Shown here piece by piece: positions 58,513 through 64,000 of a stretch of DNA of 64,000 nt (position 1 is the first letter of the stretch; every line of letters starts with the position of its first letter). The notes under the pieces are model-generated. The model made no database searches and had not been told where the DNA came from. It was given only the letters and a program-made list of their open reading frames with translations. The stretch is taken from NCBI GenBank assembly GCA_963676795.2, contig CAXXTB010000001.1, positions 288,001-352,000 of the forward strand, given 5' to 3'. This DNA comes from Geopsychrobacteraceae bacterium (lineage in GTDB: Bacteria > Desulfobacterota > Desulfuromonadia > Desulfuromonadales > Geopsychrobacteraceae). The position numbers and the translations under genes are program-made.

Positions 58513-58713
58513 ATGGCAGAAGGTACTGTAAAATGGTTTAACGATGCAAAAGGTTTTGGTTTCATCGAGCAAGACAACGGCCCGGATGTTTTTGTTCACT
58601 TTTCAGCTATCCAGTCCGAAGGTTTCAAATCCTTGGCAGAGGGTGATCGTGTAACTTTTGATGTTATTCAGGGAGATAAAGGGCCTCAATCGGCCAACGT
58701 CGTCAAACTTTAA
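58513..58713 (+). CDS. Cold-shock protein
   Basis: [33 protein letters not shown]. Confidence 0.96.
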   Translation: MAEGTVKWFNDAKGFGFIEQDNGPDVFVHFSAIQSEGFKSLAEGDRVTFDVIQGDKGPQSANVVKL

Positions 58714-58791
58714 GACGATATAATCCATTACGGATTTCAAAGACACAATCAAGTTAGACATGTGAGGTATTCAGAGAGGGTGAACCATTTG

Positions 58792-58821
58792 AGGGCTTCG
58801 GAATTTTCCGAAGCCCTTTTT
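58792..58821. terminator. Terminator between csp and the pseudokinase gene
   Basis: agggcttcgga...tccgaagccct plus T run. Confidence 0.8.
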
Positions 58822-58829
58822 ATTTTCAA

Positions 58830-60623
58830 CTAGTTTTTGTCAAGAAATAGTGTCTTCTCTCTTTGTATTTTCCAGTCATTGTCTTTTCGAACTAGCTGAA
58901 TTGCTTTTCTTGAATGATCACTGTAGCTATTCGACAGATAAACCTGGTCAAATGTGACGTTGACCAGATCTTCATGAACCTCTTCAAGCTGAATATTTTC
59001 CAGATCAATCTTGATCCATTCCGCTTTTTTTATCAGCTCACGCCGTTTCTGACTCCATTGCTCATAACTGAGGTCTTCGGTCGGCTCATAGTCTTTATTG
59101 TAATTCTCCAGATAACCATCGACATCCTGTTTTGACCAGGCTGTTGCCCAACTTTTCAGACTGGTTACGATCTCTGTTTCCAGTTGTTGTGATAAATGAT
59201 CTCCGGAGATAACCTCTATATCCCGCCGGCTCACAGTTTCTGCATCGAGAGCGGCTTCTTCGCTGAACTCCTGTCCCGCCGGCCACCATTCCTGTTGCTC
59301 TGCCTGAACAGGTCGAGCTTCGGGTGCTGTCACATGCTGGCTAACGGTCTCTTCAACAAGTTGTACGACTTCACGGCTGACAACAGTATTCTGATCTGCT
59401 GTTGCCTGGGCAGCAGCTTCCTGAACAGCGACAACGACCTCGTCATTGTGTTCGATGCTTTCTGGCCGGGCGGTTTCAGCGACGGCCCCAACAGGCTCTA
59501 CGACCGGCTCGTTCTCCTGCGGCTCCTCGACAACAGCTGCGTAAGTCGGACTTTGTTCCGGTTCAGTTGATGAACTGAAAAAAGCCGCAGTCGCCAGACC
59601 AAGCAGAAAGGCCAAAACGAAACAGAGCGCCAGCAACTGATAGATTTTAGAATCCCTATATTGTACTTCTGCGACGGCCTGTTGCCCGGAACTCAACTCT
59701 TCGATCTGGCGCTGGGCATCGGTCAGGCGATTGGACAGCCGATTGTACTCAAGGGTTGCTTCATCGAGCTGCAGAATCAACTGGTTCTTCTCTTTGATCA
59801 GCTTTCTGACCTGGGGAAGAACGTCCCTTTTCTCCCGAATCGAGATATTCACTCTATCAACAGCTTTATCCACAGGTGTGGACAAAGGCTGTTCGCCATC
59901 CATTTGCTGAGCCTCCTTCAAGCCAAGCAGCTCCCTGTAAGGTTCAGCGAAATCCGTATATGTTTTATCTCCCCGGCCAAGCAGATTAAGACAAAGCGCC
60001 TTAAGCGCCTGACAGTCAAACCGGTCGAGCAGTTCATCTTCCCGCGGGTCAAATGAGCGATCCGCCGTTACAAGCTGTAACAGCAGCTGACCGAGACTGC
60101 GCAGAGTGTCTTCCAACTGCTGGCTGTAGCTTTTCCTGGCATGGACAAGAGCAAAACTCTCCTGAATACCAAAATCGGCGATGACAGCTTCACCTTTATC
60201 ATTGAAGAAAACCTTATCTGCGACGATAGCACCGGGCAGCAATTTCTTTTTCGCAGCGTAATTTACGGCGCCAATCAGCTCGATCAACAGTTTTACGATC
60301 CGTTGTACAGACAGCCCTCGTTCGATGATCGCCCCAAGTGATTCAAGATAGTTGTAGCTCGTTGTGAAGTAGAAGAAGTCCCCTTCGTAGCCCGAGTCAT
60401 AGACAGGTGCGATTCCCGGGTGCTCGAGGAGAAAAAGTTGATCCAGCCGGCTCGACAGGGTCCGCCGCTGGTCGCTGATACCCGCCTCTTCAATGGAATA
60501 AACGTTGAGAATGACGGCGCTGTGAAAAAACGGATCTTCGGTCAGACAGCAGGTCTGGAACCCCTCGCTGTGAAGAACCTCTTTGACTGTATAGACACCA
60601 AATTTCTGATTTTTTTCTAACAT
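58830..60623 (-). CDS. Membrane protein: degenerate Ser/Thr kinase domain, coiled coil, TM, C-terminal NTF2-like (Cds6-type) domain
   Basis: LEHPGI.PVYD.G and IADFGI; WATAWSKQDVDGYLENY..F.Q.Y.S..YSD...K...WKI..E. Confidence 0.75.
   Translation of the reverse strand: MLEKNQKFGVYTVKEVLHSEGFQTCCLTEDPFFHSAVILNVYSIEEAGISDQRRTLSSRLDQLFLLEHPGIAPVYDSGYEGDFFYFTTSYNYLESLGAIIERGLSVQRIVKLLIELIGAVNYAAKKKLLPGAIVADKVFFNDKGEAVIADFGIQESFALVHARKSYSQQLEDTLRSLGQLLLQLVTADRSFDPREDELLDRFDCQALKALCLNLLGRGDKTYTDFAEPYRELLGLKEAQQMDGEQPLSTPVDKAVDRVNISIREKRDVLPQVRKLIKEKNQLILQLDEATLEYNRLSNRLTDAQRQIEELSSGQQAVAEVQYRDSKIYQLLALCFVLAFLLGLATAAFFSSSTEPEQSPTYAAVVEEPQENEPVVEPVGAVAETARPESIEHNDEVVVAVQEAAAQATADQNTVVSREVVQLVEETVSQHVTAPEARPVQAEQQEWWPAGQEFSEEAALDAETVSRRDIEVISGDHLSQQLETEIVTSLKSWATAWSKQDVDGYLENYNKDYEPTEDLSYEQWSQKRRELIKKAEWIKIDLENIQLEEVHEDLVNVTFDQVYLSNSYSDHSRKAIQLVRKDNDWKIQREKTLFLDKN
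59854..59885. promoter_or_regulatory. Three-box DnaA cluster within CDS
   Basis: CTATCAACA 59854-59862, TTATCCACA 59866-59874, inverted TGTGGACAA 59877-59885. Confidence 0.55.
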
Positions 60624-60707
60624 GACTGCCTCAGACCGACACTTTTTAATAATTTTTTTTAATATATAGAAATATAAAAGAATGATTCAAGTGTCAATCT
60701 TTACGCG

Positions 60708-61349
60708 TTAATTTGACCGGGAAACACCTTTTCGCGGACAGAGCTTGATCACTGGACAACAGCTGCAGAAGGGTGTTGGCGCTTTACAGCAGCTGCGGCC
60801 ATGAGCAATCAGAATATGGCTGCTCTGTGTCCAGTCCTCACGGGGAAGGAGTTTCATCAGATCCTGCTCGATACGGACCGGGTCAGCTGAGGCTGTCCAG
60901 CCGAACCGACCGGCCAGGCGCTTGACATGGGTATCCACAACCATTCCGGGGATACCGAATGCGTTTCCGAGTACGACATTGGCGGTCTTGCGCCCGACTC
61001 CGCTGAGAGCGACGAGTGATGCAAGATCCTGTGGTACCTGTCCCTGGTGCAGGGTAAGGATCTGCCGGGCGCAGAGAATCAGGTTTTGTGCCTTGTTGCG
61101 AAAAAAACCTGTCGAACGGATCAGTTCTTCGACCTCTCCCTGAGAGGCCTGCGCCAACTCGACAGGCGTGGGGAACTGTTTGAACAGCTGCCGTGTGACG
61201 ATATTGACCCTGACATCGGTACACTGGGCCGAAAGAATGGTCGCAACCAGCAGTTGCCAGGGGTTCTGGTAATTGAGCGCGCAATGAGCATCGGGATAAA
61301 GATCATCCAGAACCCTGAGTAATTCGAGTGCTTTTTCCTTTTTTTTCAT
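60708..61349 (-). CDS. nth: Endonuclease III
   Basis: LSAQCTD..VN, GVGRKTANVV HhH, VDTHV, C-terminal 4Fe-4S Cys motif. Confidence 0.95.
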   Translation of the reverse strand: MKKKEKALELLRVLDDLYPDAHCALNYQNPWQLLVATILSAQCTDVRVNIVTRQLFKQFPTPVELAQASQGEVEELIRSTGFFRNKAQNLILCARQILTLHQGQVPQDLASLVALSGVGRKTANVVLGNAFGIPGMVVDTHVKRLAGRFGWTASADPVRIEQDLMKLLPREDWTQSSHILIAHGRSCCKAPTPFCSCCPVIKLCPRKGVSRSN

Positions 61350-61354
61350 GTCTC

Positions 61355-62098
61355 TTATCCACAGACCGGATTCGGCTGTTTGGCGGGAAGTCTGGTTTTC
61401 TGCCTGATCTTCACGGCGATCCGCGTGTCCCGGGTTTCAACATTGAGCACCAGGGGCAGATGGGTCGAGGCCTGTTTGGCTTCGCGCGTCATGACGACCT
61501 TACCTGATACGGCACGGATCGGCCCGCGAAAGTAGACTCTGTCCCTGGCAAAAACAGGTAAGCGCACAGGAAAATTGGCTCTCCACAAGGGCAGGCCTGC
61601 ACGTCTGAGATGCTCGTTGAGGCGGATCTGACCACCTCCCCACAGAGACAGTCCGAAATCACCGGCAACGATAACCGGGCCCGTCAAGGCAGCATTGCCG
61701 AGCAGGTAATCGGCCAGCAGGGCGCGCAACTGCTCCCGGCGCTGCCAGGGATCGAAGGAGAGAGACAGGTTAAACAGATGAAGGCGCTCGTCGTTGCTGA
61801 TCAGTTCCGCCTTGACGCAACGCGAACCGTAACCGAGAGGTACGGCCTGAACATTTTTCAAAGGATAGCGTGACAGGTAGGCACATTCGCCTTCGGCGTC
61901 GGGACCATAGGCATCCAAGCCGACCTGTTCAGCCAGTAGCTTGACAGAGGTTTCTCCCAGAACAGAGCCGATCTTCTGCAAAAAGACCAGATCGGGTTTT
62001 TCACAGCGAATAATCTCTCCGCAGCGTTCCGGCGCAACGGCCCCTGAAGTATCCATTCCACCGTTGATATAGTAAGTCATAATCCGGTAAATCGACAT
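61355..62098 (-). CDS. EEP (endonuclease/exonuclease/phosphatase) fold protein, degenerate active site
   Basis: RIMTYYI, PDLVFLQK, LSRYP, AGDFG, DRVY, ASTHLPL. Confidence 0.8.
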   Translation of the reverse strand: MSIYRIMTYYINGGMDTSGAVAPERCGEIIRCEKPDLVFLQKIGSVLGETSVKLLAEQVGLDAYGPDAEGECAYLSRYPLKNVQAVPLGYGSRCVKAELISNDERLHLFNLSLSFDPWQRREQLRALLADYLLGNAALTGPVIVAGDFGLSLWGGGQIRLNEHLRRAGLPLWRANFPVRLPVFARDRVYFRGPIRAVSGKVVMTREAKQASTHLPLVLNVETRDTRIAVKIRQKTRLPAKQPNPVCG

Positions 62099-62128
62099 CC
62101 TTCGACTCTTTTGTCTGAAGTTGAGTTA

Positions 62129-62304
62129 GTTTTCATCCGGAAACGGCCCTTTTCCGCTGTGGCGGTGTCAATCTGCGGGCTTGCTTGTGCGGCGTAAAGT
62201 ACTACGCCTCCGCGCAACCCCTTAGTTTCCTAGCCACAACGAAAAAATGCTCGTTTCCAATCTGAAAACTTACGCATTGCCCTCCGGAGTTTCCGGATGG
62301 CAAC
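62129..62304. mobile_element. MITE (176 bp)
   Basis: 16-bp TIRs GTTTTCATCCGGAAAC / GTTTCCGGATGGCAAC (2 mismatches), flanked by direct GAGTTA at 62123-62128 and 62305-62310; no ORF. Confidence 0.8.
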
Positions 62305-62335
62305 GAGTTAGCGTCTCCCGGTCAATGTCTTATTA

Positions 62336-62896
62336 TCACTCAATTCTGCGCACCGATTCAATGATCACAGGCTGGGCTGGATAGTTCTGAAAGGGGCCCT
62401 TGCTTGTGACCCTAACCTTGGCAATCTTCTCAACAACATCCATCCCGGCAACAACCCGGCCGAAAACTGCATAACCATAGGTCTGTGGCGTCGTTCCACG
62501 ATTGTCGAGAAAGACATTATCAACCAGGTTGATAAAAAACTGGCTGGTCGCGCTGTCGACAACGTTGGTCCGGGCCATGGCGATGGTCCCTTTAAAGTTT
62601 TTCAGTCCGTTGGTCGCTTCGTTTTTGATCGGAGCAGCCGTTTGCATGCGCTGATTCTGAACGTCAAAGCCTCCGCCCTGAATCATAAAACCATCAATAA
62701 CCCGGTGAAAGATCGTCCCGTCATAAAACTTCTGATCGACGTACGAGAGAAAATTGGCTACGGTTTCAGGGGCTTTTATGTCATCCAGCTCGATTCTGAT
62801 GACCCCGACATTGGTCTTCACCTCAACCTGCTGACCGGCAAAAGCAGCAACAACAAACAATTGAAAAAACAATGCAAACAAAACCGCTATTCTCAT
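62336..62896 (-). CDS. ppiA: Periplasmic cyclophilin-type peptidyl-prolyl isomerase
   Basis: Signal peptide; FHRVIDGFMIQGGG, GTIAMART, SATSQFFIN. Confidence 0.93.
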   Translation of the reverse strand: MRIAVLFALFFQLFVVAAFAGQQVEVKTNVGVIRIELDDIKAPETVANFLSYVDQKFYDGTIFHRVIDGFMIQGGGFDVQNQRMQTAAPIKNEATNGLKNFKGTIAMARTNVVDSATSQFFINLVDNVFLDNRGTTPQTYGYAVFGRVVAGMDVVEKIAKVRVTSKGPFQNYPAQPVIIESVRRIE

Positions 62897-62909
62897 CTTC
62901 TCCTCCAGG

Positions 62910-63923
62910 TTACTGGCAGACTTTTTCTGCCTTGAGATCTCTCAGCATCAGGTCATTGACCGCCTTCTGAGGCTCCTTGTGGCAATAGAGAATTTCGTAC
63001 ATCTGCTCGATGATCGGAACTTCGACACCTTGTTTCGAGGCCAGCTGATAGGCGGACAGTGTTGTTTTGACCCCTTCGGCGATCATCTGCATGCCGTCAA
63101 GAATCTCATCCAGTTTACGCCCCCGCCCCAGTTCGATTCCGACGGTCCGGTTACGTGACAGATCACCGGTGCAGGTCAGGACCAGGTCCCCCATGCCGGC
63201 CAGACCGGCAAAGGTTTCGGCCTGCCCGCCCAGCTTGAGGCCAAGCCGGGTCATCTCGGCCAGGCCACGGGTGATCAGTGCCGCCCTGGTATTGTGGCCG
63301 AATCCGAGACCATCGGCAACCCCGGCAGCCAGAGCGATAACATTTTTCATTGCTCCGCCGAGCTCGACACCGACGATATCGTTCGAGGTATAGACGCGGA
63401 ATCGGTCGGTGCTGAAAATCTGCTGGATCTCTTCGGCGACAGCATAACCACGGGCCGCAGCGACCACGGCTGTCGGCATGCCGAGACTGACCTCACGGGC
63501 AAAGGAAGGCCCTGAAACAAAGCCGATTCTGGCGTGTAAGTGCTGCGGCATTACCTCTTCGAAAACCTGAGAAAGCAGCATCAGGCTGTCATTTTCGATC
63601 CCCTTGGACGCCGACAGAATCAGTGCTTCAGAAGCGATATGAGGCAGCGCCTGCTCGAGAACCCGGCGGGTGACCTGCGAAGGGGTAACAAACAGCACGA
63701 CCTCCTTGCCACTTACCGCACTGACCAGATCATTCTCAACGCTAAGCTGCTCCGCCAGTTTGAACTCCGGCAGGTAAATATCGTTGACGCCTGTCGTCTG
63801 CATTCTTTCAGCGAGATCTTTCTCAAAACACCAGAGTGTCACCTGGTGGCCTTTGTTCGTCAGCAGATTCGCCAGGGTTGTTCCCCAACTCCCCGCACCG
63901 ATAACGGCAATATTCGATGACAT
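62910..63923 (-). CDS. gpsA: NAD(P)H-dependent glycerol-3-phosphate dehydrogenase
   Basis: GAGSWGT, SKGIE, GPSFA.EV, GAMKNVIA, GDLVLTCT..LSRNR. Confidence 0.97.
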   Translation of the reverse strand: MSSNIAVIGAGSWGTTLANLLTNKGHQVTLWCFEKDLAERMQTTGVNDIYLPEFKLAEQLSVENDLVSAVSGKEVVLFVTPSQVTRRVLEQALPHIASEALILSASKGIENDSLMLLSQVFEEVMPQHLHARIGFVSGPSFAREVSLGMPTAVVAAARGYAVAEEIQQIFSTDRFRVYTSNDIVGVELGGAMKNVIALAAGVADGLGFGHNTRAALITRGLAEMTRLGLKLGGQAETFAGLAGMGDLVLTCTGDLSRNRTVGIELGRGRKLDEILDGMQMIAEGVKTTLSAYQLASKQGVEVPIIEQMYEILYCHKEPQKAVNDLMLRDLKAEKVCQ

Positions 63924-63933
63924 TTTTTATCAC

Positions 63934-64000
63934 CTATTCCTTTGCTGCAATTCTCTTTTCGAGATGTTCAATTTTTTCTCTCAACAGGTCAGGGCGGGAA
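63934..64000 (-). CDS. 3' end of an upstream gene (partial)
   Basis: Reads ...SRPDLLREKIEHLEKRIAAKE* ending 11 bp before gpsA. Confidence 0.55.
   Translation of the reverse strand, partial: SRPDLLREKIEHLEKRIAAKE

Noticed and set aside
1..64000. tRNA, rRNA, parS, prophage, integrase or defence genes
   Set aside because: None recognised on either strand by eye; a tRNAscan-SE or Infernal run would be needed to exclude small RNAs

Overview
64-kb window from a moderately GC-rich Desulfuromonadales/Geobacter-like deltaproteobacterial chromosome (taxon inferred from gene content and order). It is probably close to the replication origin, since it ends at gpsA and carries DnaA-box clusters. The left part (1-16 kb) holds accessory and stress genes, including a Cpx-like two-component system with a Spy/CpxP partner and phased CpxR-type boxes. 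Directly downstream of the kinase is a 54-codon membrane ORF missing from the ORF track, with an in-frame TGA, a nearby Cys and a SECIS-like hairpin (candidate small selenoprotein). 16-26 kb: tolQRAB-pal-cpoB, folE2, queC and PBP1A. 26-58 kb: a phosphate-starvation cluster (pstSCAB-phoU, phoBR, two unrelated alkaline phosphatases, a porin, an OlsF-like ornithine-lipid synthase, a PHP-glycosyltransferase fusion coupled to a radical SAM enzyme, a GH67-like protein, a lone receiver protein and an MCP). Several of its promoters share an 11-bp-periodic CT(A/C)AC(A/C) motif. The right end has csp, a pseudokinase, nth, a degenerate EEP protein, a cyclophilin and gpsA. Non-coding mobile-like DNA: a 176-bp MITE with TIRs and a 6-bp target duplication, and two diverged copies of a ~300-bp multi-hairpin element with compensatory substitutions. 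No rRNA, tRNA or CRISPR array was seen. All calls are by eye, without database searches.
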